From Leptolyngbyaceae cyanobacterium (GTDB lineage: Bacteria; Cyanobacteriota; Cyanobacteriia; Phormidesmidales; Phormidesmidaceae): DNA of 37,057 nt. Below, in pieces: positions 29,084-37,057 of this stretch. The stretch is taken from positions 1-37,057 of the forward strand of contig JBHJHA010000075.1 of the NCBI GenBank assembly GCA_050331235.1. The letters run 5' to 3'. Position 1 is the stretch's first letter. The number at the start of each line of letters is the position of its first letter. A program made the position numbers and the translations under genes. The notes beneath the pieces are model-generated. The model was not told where the DNA came from, made no database searches, and saw only the letters and a program-made list of their open reading frames with translations.

Positions 29084-31069
29084 GTGTTGATCCTTAAACA
29101 GCTCAAAACGTGCGCTGCCCTAGCAGCTAAGTCAGTTCAGCGCTGGGGCAGGCAGCATGGCCAAAATCTCACGGTTGTGGGGTTGACCAGTTTGGCCGTG
29201 TCAACCAGCACCTTAGCAGTAGCCCAACTTGGAGTCTTAGAAGGCCTCGAGCAAAAGGTCTACGATCAGATGACGCGGTTGCGGCAAGCGACCCAACCGC
29301 TGTCGGCAGACGATCGCCTGCTGATTGTCACCGTTACTGAAAACGATATCGAAACGCGGAAAGAGTTTCCGCTGACCGATGGCACTGTCGCCCAAGCGAT
29401 TGACAAACTACAGCAGCATGATCCCGTGGTAATTGGATTAGACCTGTTTCGGGCAATTCCTAAACCGCCGGGTCGTGAGCAGTTACTGACCGCCCTACAG
29501 GCAGACAACCTAGTGGTGATTACCCAGTTGTCCAATGCTGTGGGTGGCCCTGGCATTTTGCCACCGCCCGGGGTTACCCCAGCGCAACTGAGCTTTAACG
29601 ATGTGGTCGTCGATCCCGATGGCAAAGTGAGACGCGCCTTACTCATCGCGGAGCCAGTAACGCCGGTCGAGGCCCCCGTGCTGTTTTCGTTTTCGCTGCA
29701 GCTAGCCCTGTCCTATCTAGCCCAGCAGGGAATTACTCCGCAGGCGAGTCCGGTCAATCCGGACTACATGCAGTTAGGAACCGCTACCCTATGGCCCCTA
29801 TCCGCTGGCTCTGGTGGCTATGCCACCGCCGATGATGCGGGCTATCAGGTCATGCTGGACTATCGCGATCGCCTCACCCCCGCCAAAACAGTTACACTTC
29901 AAGCGCTGCTGAATGATCAAGTCGACCCGGACTGGATTCGCAACAAAATTGTCTTGATCGGCATCACTGCACCGAGCTTTAAGGATTTGTTTTACACGCC
30001 GTTTACAGCTGGTGCGAGCGATGACACCCACCAGATGCCAGGGGTGGTCGTTCACGCACAAATGGTGAGCCAGTGGCTTGACCTTGCCCTCGGCGATCGC
30101 GCCTTGATTGGGACCAGTGCCCCCTGGCAAGAGTGGCTCTGGTATTTAAGCTGGGCACTCCTTGGCGGTACCCTTGCCTGGTATTTGCATCATCCAGTCA
30201 TCTTGACCGTAAGCGAAATCGGCCTCTTTTTGGCCATTGCCCTCAGCACCTACGGGCTCCTTTTGACCTATGGTTGGCTGCCTGCGGTGGCCCCGCTACT
30301 ATCGGTGATCGGCACCAGTGGGGTGGTGCTGGCTTATCAAACGCAACAGTCGTTTCGTCAGCGCCAGATGATGCAGGTGCTGCTGGGCCAAACGGCCTCG
30401 CCGGAGATCGCCCAAGCCCTTTGGGAAAATCGCGATCGCCTGATTAAGTCTGGCAAGCTGCCCGGACAAGCGATGACCGCCACGATGATGTTTACGGATC
30501 TACGGGGCTTTAGCAGTCTTGCCGAGATCACCCCACCCGCAACGCTACTCGACTGGCTCAATCACTATCTGGAAGCCATGACTGATGAAATCCAGCAGCA
30601 CCACGGCATCGTCAATAAATTTACGGGGGATGGCCTACTGGCAGTCTTTGGAGTGCCGATCGCGAGTCGTACGCCTGAAGCAATCGCCAACGATGCGATC
30701 GCCGCTGTCAATTGTGCCCTGAGTATGGGGCAGCGGTTAGAGATGCTCAATCGCGATCGGCACCGGCAGCGGCTACCCCAGCTAGAGATGCGTGTGGGTA
30801 TTTTCACGGGACCAGTGGTGGTCGGCAGTTTAGGCGGACATCAGCGCATGGAGTACGGCGTCATTGGTGACAGCGTCAACATTGCCTCCCGGCTAGAAAG
30901 TTTTGCTAAACATCGTCAACCCACGGCCTGTCGCATTTTGATTGGCCAGGAAACCCTGGATTATCTCTCGGGCCAGTTTGTCGTTGAAGCCTGGGGCGAT
31001 TTACAACTTAAAGGACGGCAAGCCCCCGTTGGCATCTATCAGGTCCTTGCACAAAGCGCGGCAACATGA
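29084..31069 (+). CDS. CHASE2-domain membrane adenylate/guanylate cyclase
   Basis: CHASE2 motifs (DDRLLIVTVTE, VIGLDLFR, DPDGKVRR, KIVLIG, MPGVVVHA), three TM helices and cyclase motifs FTDLRGFS, NKFTGDG and VIGDSVNIASRLE. Confidence 0.93.
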   Translation: MLILKQLKTCAALAAKSVQRWGRQHGQNLTVVGLTSLAVSTSTLAVAQLGVLEGLEQKVYDQMTRLRQATQPLSADDRLLIVTVTENDIETRKEFPLTDGTVAQAIDKLQQHDPVVIGLDLFRAIPKPPGREQLLTALQADNLVVITQLSNAVGGPGILPPPGVTPAQLSFNDVVVDPDGKVRRALLIAEPVTPVEAPVLFSFSLQLALSYLAQQGITPQASPVNPDYMQLGTATLWPLSAGSGGYATADDAGYQVMLDYRDRLTPAKTVTLQALLNDQVDPDWIRNKIVLIGITAPSFKDLFYTPFTAGASDDTHQMPGVVVHAQMVSQWLDLALGDRALIGTSAPWQEWLWYLSWALLGGTLAWYLHHPVILTVSEIGLFLAIALSTYGLLLTYGWLPAVAPLLSVIGTSGVVLAYQTQQSFRQRQMMQVLLGQTASPEIAQALWENRDRLIKSGKLPGQAMTATMMFTDLRGFSSLAEITPPATLLDWLNHYLEAMTDEIQQHHGIVNKFTGDGLLAVFGVPIASRTPEAIANDAIAAVNCALSMGQRLEMLNRDRHRQRLPQLEMRVGIFTGPVVVGSLGGHQRMEYGVIGDSVNIASRLESFAKHRQPTACRILIGQETLDYLSGQFVVEAWGDLQLKGRQAPVGIYQVLAQSAAT

Positions 31070-31185
31070 AACTAGAGCAGATCGTTCCATGGCATGGAAG
31101 GTGGCACAGCTATGCTGCGAACGGGGACATTTGAAAGCTCAGCAAGCACAAATTTCCAGCCAGAAGGCTTGATCTCACTCTGGAC

Positions 31186-32052
31186 TTATTCAGATTCAAA
31201 GGTTTGATTGGGGGCCAGTGCCTTCATAACGGCTTGCTGTCCCACGGACTGGTAGAGATCCCGCAGGTGAGCCATCACTACCCGCGCATCATTCACCGGT
31301 AGCGGAATCGTATCTAGCACATCCAACACTGTGGAGGCGGCAGGCGCAATCACCACCAAAGATGAATCTAAGGGATGGTCATATTGCCAAAAGTGCTCGA
31401 CCTCTACAGGACCATAGGTTTCTGAGGGAGAAATCGACTCTGTTGCAGCTTCAACCTCGGCGACAGCAGCCGTTTGCGCACCGGTCGCCTGCTGCCGCTT
31501 TTGCCGCAAAGCCGCCAAAATCTGTCCGCGATCGCGCCCCCGCAGTTGAAATAGGATAAACGGGTCCTCCCGAAAAAAGTCTCCCAACTGATAATACACA
31601 GCCGCAATGTGTTTGCAGGGATTTTGGGGATCAGGGCAATCACATTTGGAATGCACTTCCGCGAGCTGAAACGGGAATAGACTGAGGCCATTGGCAGTGA
31701 ATACTGCTTCAATATCGTCCGGCATTTCCCCTGACAGCAGCTGTGCGGAAAATAGGGCATGTTCTGCCAAACTATCGATGACATAGTTCCAGTCTTCGTC
31801 AGTGAATGAATCGAGCCAGATTGAGAGCTTGTAAGGTTCCTCCGCCGTCCCCTGGACAAGGGCAATTACCTTAGCGCCCTTGTACTCAATATTGAGAATG
31901 TTGCCTTCACGGGCGTAGCGTCGCCCCCGTTCCAGGCGCTTTTTAAAGCGATAGTTGTTGAGCAAGTCAACCCAGCGCTGCACCCACCAAGCCTCTTGGT
32001 CAAGCTCAAAGTTGACGTTAGTTGGAAAGCCATTGGTCATGGCAGATTTCAC
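31186..32052 (-). CDS. SWIM zinc-finger protein
   Basis: RLERGRRYAREGN, VQGT, CDCPDPQNPCKHIAAV (CxC...CxH) and DPFILFQLRG; the start may be ATG 32040. Confidence 0.9.
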   Translation of the reverse strand: MKSAMTNGFPTNVNFELDQEAWWVQRWVDLLNNYRFKKRLERGRRYAREGNILNIEYKGAKVIALVQGTAEEPYKLSIWLDSFTDEDWNYVIDSLAEHALFSAQLLSGEMPDDIEAVFTANGLSLFPFQLAEVHSKCDCPDPQNPCKHIAAVYYQLGDFFREDPFILFQLRGRDRGQILAALRQKRQQATGAQTAAVAEVEAATESISPSETYGPVEVEHFWQYDHPLDSSLVVIAPAASTVLDVLDTIPLPVNDARVVMAHLRDLYQSVGQQAVMKALAPNQTFESE

Positions 32053-32729
32053 CTTTTTTGGTAGAAGTTTACTTCGCTGACGTCGACCGCGCTCGAGAGT
32101 GACAATAGCCAGTCAATCGCCGAAATGAGATCCGTTAGCGGAATGGCGACTTGGGGGGCAAATCGCCCCGCTTGAATATCATCAACAACTTCGGCTGTTG
32201 CAATATTGCCCGGGTTAATCACAGTAAACCCGATATTAGTGCCTTGTAAAGCTAGTCGTAGGGCCTGCACCGCCCCCCGCAGGGCAAACTTAGATGCCGT
32301 ATTGGCCACTTCCACCGATGGGCAGTGGTCCAAACCACTCAAAGCACCGATGTAAATCGCCCGTGGATTAACGGAGCGCTGCAAATTACCCACTAGCTGC
32401 TTGGTCAACTCGATGGGGGCGATCGCATTGACCGCCAATACAAAACGGGTCTCGACGTCTGGACTCGCTAAAAAATCGTACTGCTCGGTAAAGGCTTGGG
32501 CCTCCCAGACACCCCCCATAAACAGCAGCGCATCGAGATCCACCCCTTGCAGCGCGATCGCAACCTGCTCGATGCCGACCGCGATCGCCATATCAGCTCG
32601 AATCCACTGCCCTGCTGCTGCCGGCGTCCTCGACACGGAGAAGACGCGATCGCCCGCTTCAGAAAAATGCTTGGCAACGGCAGCCCCAATGCCTCGACTG
32701 CCTCCTACGACGAGCAGGTTTCTAGACAT
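32049..32729 (-). CDS. Short-chain dehydrogenase/reductase-like oxidoreductase
   Basis: Rossmann motif LLVVGGSRGIG, xxxSK motif (NTASK) and INPGNIAT; ATG 32729 preferred over TTG 32753. Confidence 0.88.
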   Translation of the reverse strand: MSRNLLVVGGSRGIGAAVAKHFSEAGDRVFSVSRTPAAAGQWIRADMAIAVGIEQVAIALQGVDLDALLFMGGVWEAQAFTEQYDFLASPDVETRFVLAVNAIAPIELTKQLVGNLQRSVNPRAIYIGALSGLDHCPSVEVANTASKFALRGAVQALRLALQGTNIGFTVINPGNIATAEVVDDIQAGRFAPQVAIPLTDLISAIDWLLSLSSAVDVSEVNFYQKR

Positions 32730-32780
32730 CTCAGAGCTCGTAGGTGAGGGCAAACTGGCAGCTAGAGACCACCGTCGGCA

Positions 32781-33791
32781 TCATAAGCGCACCTGACTCA
32801 GGTGGTCACGAGGATCGGTAGACCGCTCCTGGTGAATTTTCTCGTAGAGCTGTCGCTCAGCGTCGGTCAACGACTTTGGCGGAGTGATGACCACTCGCAC
32901 GAGTTGATCGCCTCGTCCCCCCTTGGGCTTGGGCCAGCCTTTGCCCCGCAAGCGTAATGACTGGCCAGATTTGACCCCAGCAGGTAAATTCATCGTGACG
33001 CTGCCATCAGGGGTAGGTACCTGAATCTTGCTACCCAAAACCGCCTCATCCGGTGCAATTGGGACTTCACAGACCAAGTTGTCACCCTCAAACTGGAAAA
33101 TGTGATGGGGTAGGAGATTAACCACCAGATAGATATCTCCCCGCTGTCGAGAATAGGGATTGAGCTGACCTTTGCCCCGCAGTCGCACCTTGGTCCCCTG
33201 CTTGGCTCCGGCAGGAATGCGCACCTGGACCTCATCATCACCAATTTTGAGCCGCTTTTGTGTGCCTCGAAAAGCCTCACTCAGGGTCAGCGAGATTTTG
33301 GCTTCCTGATCAAAAGTGGCTGATGAGGGGCTAGTTGAGCTGCCATAGCCACCAAACCCCGAGTTACCAAAACCACCTTGGGGAGAGGTGCGATAGGAGG
33401 TATAGCCACCGGGCGATCGCCCCGCCGTCCCATAGCCGCTAGTGCTGCCAAAGCGACCAAGCAGTTCATTGATAAATTCGTCGAAGCTGCCGTAGTTACT
33501 GAAATCAAATCCACCAAAATCAGCCGCATTCCCCCCATAGGCCCCAGCTTGTCCAGCCTGCTGCCAATAGCGACCAAACTGATCATATTTTTGGCGCTTG
33601 TCGCTGTCTGACAGCACCTCATAGGCTTCACTGACTTCCTTAAATTTGGCCTCAGCGGCTTGATCGCCTGGATTCACATCAGGATGATATTTCCGAGCCA
33701 GTTTCCGAAACGCCCGCTTGATCTCCTCCGCGCTGGCGGATTTACTCACGCCCAAGGTGGAGTAGTAATCTTTAAAGTCAGTAGCAGCCAT
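32781..33791 (-). CDS. dnaJ: DnaJ class II / CbpA-like co-chaperone
   Basis: J domain with HPD, G/F-rich linker and C-terminal domain (LRLRGKG); no CxxCxGxG zinc fingers. Confidence 0.92.
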   Translation of the reverse strand: MAATDFKDYYSTLGVSKSASAEEIKRAFRKLARKYHPDVNPGDQAAEAKFKEVSEAYEVLSDSDKRQKYDQFGRYWQQAGQAGAYGGNAADFGGFDFSNYGSFDEFINELLGRFGSTSGYGTAGRSPGGYTSYRTSPQGGFGNSGFGGYGSSTSPSSATFDQEAKISLTLSEAFRGTQKRLKIGDDEVQVRIPAGAKQGTKVRLRGKGQLNPYSRQRGDIYLVVNLLPHHIFQFEGDNLVCEVPIAPDEAVLGSKIQVPTPDGSVTMNLPAGVKSGQSLRLRGKGWPKPKGGRGDQLVRVVITPPKSLTDAERQLYEKIHQERSTDPRDHLSQVRL

Positions 33792-34089
33792 TCAAACATC
33801 TCCCCAAACACAGCCTAAAGGTAGAAAGCTTGCGCCTGATGCCACCATTGTACGGATCAAGCTTCGGCCCGCCGGGATATCGCTGACAGATATCGTGGCA
33901 TCTGCCACCACCCAGGCAAATGATGAGCTTCCTTAGTATTTATTAATGCTAGTTACAGGCTATCAAAGGGACCTCTCGGGTTGGGTTCGGTTATCTCACC
34001 GAGGGCAGTTCAATTTCCCGGCATGTCTACCGGTTTAGCCTTCAGGATGGGGGATGAGCGATCGCATCACCGCTATGAGCCGCCCTCCA

Positions 34090-34476
34090 TCAAGGCAAAA
34101 ACCGGTCCAAGGCTGCCTTAAGTTCCTCAATTTCGGCCTCGATATTGCCTTCCTTGGAAGCCCGCATCACGCACTCACTTAGATGTTCATCCAAAATCAT
34201 GCGAGACACCCGGTCCAAGGCACCTCGAACCGCCGCAATCTGAACGAGGACATCCGGGCAAGGTCGGCTTTCTTGCAGCATGTTTTTAATACCGCGAATA
34301 TGACCTTCAATGCGAGAGAAGCGGTTGAGAATACGCTGTAGGGACTCAGGATCATGCACATGGGTATGCGTATGACCATCGGCGTGCTCTGGCTGTTGCC
34401 CCCGCAGGTCAGTACGCAGCGCCTCGGAGGCTGGCAAATGGTCTTCAGAAGAAGGCTGAGATTTGGCAATGGCCAT
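34090..34476 (-). CDS. CsoR/RcnR-family metal-sensing repressor (InrS-like)
   Basis: His-rich HTHTHVH, RIEGHIRGI, RPCPDVLVQIAAVRGALDR and LDEHLSEC give an H-C-H-C fingerprint as in Synechocystis InrS. The start is uncertain (34476 or 34491). Confidence 0.88.
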   Translation of the reverse strand: MAIAKSQPSSEDHLPASEALRTDLRGQQPEHADGHTHTHVHDPESLQRILNRFSRIEGHIRGIKNMLQESRPCPDVLVQIAAVRGALDRVSRMILDEHLSECVMRASKEGNIEAEIEELKAALDRFLP

Positions 34477-34518
34477 ATATAGCGTCCACAAAAGGTCAAT
34501 AAAGGGCAGTTGAAATTG

Positions 34519-34923
34519 TCATTCTTTGAAGCCAGACAGGGCAGCTAGTTTTTCTAACGATTGCGTCCCTGGATAAAACTCACCATTGATTTCCCAGGTC
34601 GGATAACCGCGAATTTCCTTAGCGGTGCACAGTTGAGGCTGTGCCTGCTCCCCCTCGGAATCGCACTCAACGTAAGGAACGCTGTCAGCCGCCTTGCCAA
34701 ACAACTCTTTTTGATCGGCGCAGTGGGGACACCAAAACGCACCGTACATGGTGGCTCCTTCAGTGGTCAAATGCTGGGCTAGCTGCTCTTCGTAGGCGGG
34801 AGCACCACCAGCCGTCGATTCGGCGGCACAGCCGGTGAGCAATAACCCACACAGTGCCAAGCAGCTGCACAAAGTTTTGACCGTTGGGCTAGCAAAACGG
34901 GAAAAAGGACGTATGGAGCTCAT
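34519..34923 (-). CDS. Thioredoxin/glutaredoxin-like protein, probable lipoprotein, resembling the VKOR-partner Trx domain
   Basis: MYGAFWCPHC, YVEC...LC and GYPTW; lipobox-like LLLTGC. Confidence 0.85.
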   Translation of the reverse strand: MSSIRPFSRFASPTVKTLCSCLALCGLLLTGCAAESTAGGAPAYEEQLAQHLTTEGATMYGAFWCPHCADQKELFGKAADSVPYVECDSEGEQAQPQLCTAKEIRGYPTWEINGEFYPGTQSLEKLAALSGFKE

Positions 34924-34999
34924 AGGGAGAATATGGATTCAGGATTTATGTTGAGCGGCACGAGCGATCGCGACCCGGCGCAGCGCGGGAATGCGCCAT

Positions 35000-36599
35000 A
35001 AAGAGCGATCGCGGGTCTGGAGACGGCTTCACAGTGACCGCAGTTCAAATTAGCCGTTGAGTCTTCGCTTCTCTCTCTCACTGGTTAGCATGGGGCAAGA
35101 TAGTGATTATGGTAGCTTTCACAGAATAATCTGGTTAGCAACTCTTAGTTTTTTTCTTAACTTCAACAGCTTCGGAGAGATCAATGTCGGTAATGGATAG
35201 GCTGCTTGCTTGGAGAACTGCATTCGTGCGGCTCGTTGCGATCGCACTCTGCACGGTATTGACGCTGGCGACGGGACAACCCGCTGCCGCCGAAACCGCT
35301 GTGGCGGAGACCGTGCCCAGGAGTTTTGTCGCCGCCGCAGTGGAACAGGTCGGCGACGCAGTCGTGCGCATCGATACGGAAAAAACCGTGGTTAGAGAGA
35401 CCCCCGATCTCTTTTTTGATGACCCCTTTTTTCGCGGCTTCATGGGACCCAATGGCTTTCCCAGCTATCCCCAGGAGCAGTTATTGAGGGGCCAGGGCTC
35501 GGGCTTCATTATTTCCACCGACGGCGATATTTTGACCAATTCCCATGTGGTGGATGGCGCGGACCGCGTCACCGTCACGCTCAAAGATGGGCGCAGCTAT
35601 GAGGGCATTGTGGAAGGTCAAGACAGCGTGACTGATCTAGCGGTGGTCAAAATTGAAGCAGATAACGAAACCTTGCCCGTCGCCGCCTTGGGCAACTCCA
35701 ATGAGGTCAAAGTCGGCGACTGGGCGATCGCCGTGGGCAATCCCCTCGGGCTGGACAACACCGTCACCCTGGGGATTGTGAGCACACTCAAACGTTCCAG
35801 TGCCTCCGTGGGCATTCCTGACAAGCGGCTAGACTTCATTCAGACGGATGCGGCCATTAATCCCGGCAACTCGGGCGGCCCCCTGCTGAACCAAGCGGGA
35901 GAAGTCATCGGCATTAATACCGCTATTCGGGCCGACGCCATGGGCATCGGGTTTGCCATCCCCATCAACAAAGCCAAAGAAATCAAGGATCAGCTCGTAC
36001 GCGGCGAAAGTATTGCCCATCCCTACCTTGGCGTCCAGATTGCCACACTCACCCCTGACAATGCCCGCCGCAACAACGAAGACCCCAACGCGGGCGTCCT
36101 CCTCCCTGAAGGCGAAGGTGTCCTAGTGATTCGAGTGATTCCCAATACTCCGGCAGCCGAAGCGGGACTGAGGCGGGGAGATGTTGTGTTGGAAATTGAC
36201 GATTTAGCGATCGCCTCCGCCGATGTCCTGCAGCGTCGCGTAGAAAATAGCACCGTCGGCCAAACCCTCCGGCTCAAGGTTCAACGGGGAGAGCAGCTCG
36301 AAATGCTCACAGTAACCACCGCTGAGCTTGACAGCGGTGCGTAACCCGGCTATCGCCGCAGCGTTGTTGATTTCTGTGCTCAATCATCGCAACGCCGCGG
36401 CGGCCCCATCGGTATTTGCCCAGGAGTCAAGTCTTGCCTGCCGTTACCCCCCTAATCCCCACCGCCTTGTCCCTAGAACCTTGCTCATCACAGCTCAAAT
36501 CACTGGAGTCTGATAGCTGCCGGAGTCTGATAGATTAAGTAGCGATTACGGTTGCTCCACACTTGCATCAATACCGATAGCGACCCGCGATCGCTCTTT
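35000..36599. repeat. 18-bp perfect inverted repeat pair flanking hhoA
   Basis: AAAGAGCGATCGCGGGTC at 35000-35017 and its exact reverse complement GACCCGCGATCGCTCTTT at 36582-36599. Confidence 0.8.
35184..36344 (+). CDS. HtrA/HhoA-family serine protease with PDZ domain
   Basis: Signal peptide, [33 protein letters not shown] and a C-terminal PDZ domain. Confidence 0.96.
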   Translation: MSVMDRLLAWRTAFVRLVAIALCTVLTLATGQPAAAETAVAETVPRSFVAAAVEQVGDAVVRIDTEKTVVRETPDLFFDDPFFRGFMGPNGFPSYPQEQLLRGQGSGFIISTDGDILTNSHVVDGADRVTVTLKDGRSYEGIVEGQDSVTDLAVVKIEADNETLPVAALGNSNEVKVGDWAIAVGNPLGLDNTVTLGIVSTLKRSSASVGIPDKRLDFIQTDAAINPGNSGGPLLNQAGEVIGINTAIRADAMGIGFAIPINKAKEIKDQLVRGESIAHPYLGVQIATLTPDNARRNNEDPNAGVLLPEGEGVLVIRVIPNTPAAEAGLRRGDVVLEIDDLAIASADVLQRRVENSTVGQTLRLKVQRGEQLEMLTVTTAELDSGA

Positions 36600-36636
36600 T
36601 GAGCCCTAAGCCGTTACTCTCACGAGGCTGCCTCCG

Positions 36637-37057
36637 ATGGCGGGTGAATTAAAACCCCAAAAATTCTCTTGGCGCAGCGGTGGTCAGTGGTTGGCACGAC
36701 AACTTTCCCAATTGCAGCCCCTACTGCCCCTGACCGATTTACAGTGGGCCAAGCTATCCCTCTTAGGCACCCTTGTCCAAAGGGACACCGCCGCCCGCTA
36801 TAAGGGCTCGATCTTGGGCAATCTGTGGCCCCTAGTCAATCAGCTAGCCATGTTGCTGATTTACACCTATGTGTTTTCAGTCGTTTTACAGGTCAAGCTC
36901 GAACTCAAAGGGCTGCCGCCTGACAACTCGCTTGTGTTTGGTCTGTGGCTGTTTGCGGGGCTGTTACCCTGGCTGACCTTTAGCTACAGTTGGCTGCAGG
37001 CGTCAAGCGCCGTTGTGAGTCAGACAAATATGGTCAAGAAGGTGGTCTTTCCCCTCG
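36637..37057 (+). CDS. ABC-2 type (Wzm-like) polysaccharide export permease, partial
   Basis: Manual translation from ATG 36637: ...LVQRDTAARYKGSILGNLWPLVNQLAMLLIYTYVFSVVLQVK...WLFAGLLPW...NMVKKVVFP; runs off the window end. Confidence 0.9.
   Translation, partial: MAGELKPQKFSWRSGGQWLARQLSQLQPLLPLTDLQWAKLSLLGTLVQRDTAARYKGSILGNLWPLVNQLAMLLIYTYVFSVVLQVKLELKGLPPDNSLVFGLWLFAGLLPWLTFSYSWLQASSAVVSQTNMVKKVVFPL

Larger units (their letters stand above)
1426..36595. repeat. HIP1 octamer GCGATCGC dispersed throughout
   Basis: Many copies, e.g. 1426, 1591, 24771, 35004 and 36588; a hallmark of many cyanobacterial genomes. Confidence 0.95.

Overview
Cyanobacterial chromosomal segment, judged from frequent HIP1 GCGATCGC octamers, petCA, PAM68 and Vipp1; a filamentous Leptolyngbya/Nodosilinea-like host is a guess. 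It is mostly housekeeping: rimM, avtA, ZIP transporter, CyaB1-type adenylate cyclase, lysS, rpsO-PAM68, ilvA, SbcC-like ATPase, petC-petA, prs, rpsN-rpsD, aminotransferase, vipp1, CHASE2 cyclase, SWIM-SDR-dnaJ, InrS-like repressor, thioredoxin-like lipoprotein, HhoA protease and a partial ABC-2 permease. A frameshifted IS630 element lies at the left edge. The clearest anomaly is an in-frame TAA at the conserved Lys of AQGL[K]GDPTY, which splits an otherwise intact petC Rieske gene. Other notable items are a 1061-aa protein with 12 SLH motifs in four tandem modules and no obvious signal peptide, a Na+/solute symporter paired with a motif-eroded metallophosphoesterase, and a perfect 18-bp inverted repeat bracketing hhoA. 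I saw no tRNA, rRNA or CRISPR array, and I cannot demonstrate a new biological system from the sequence alone.
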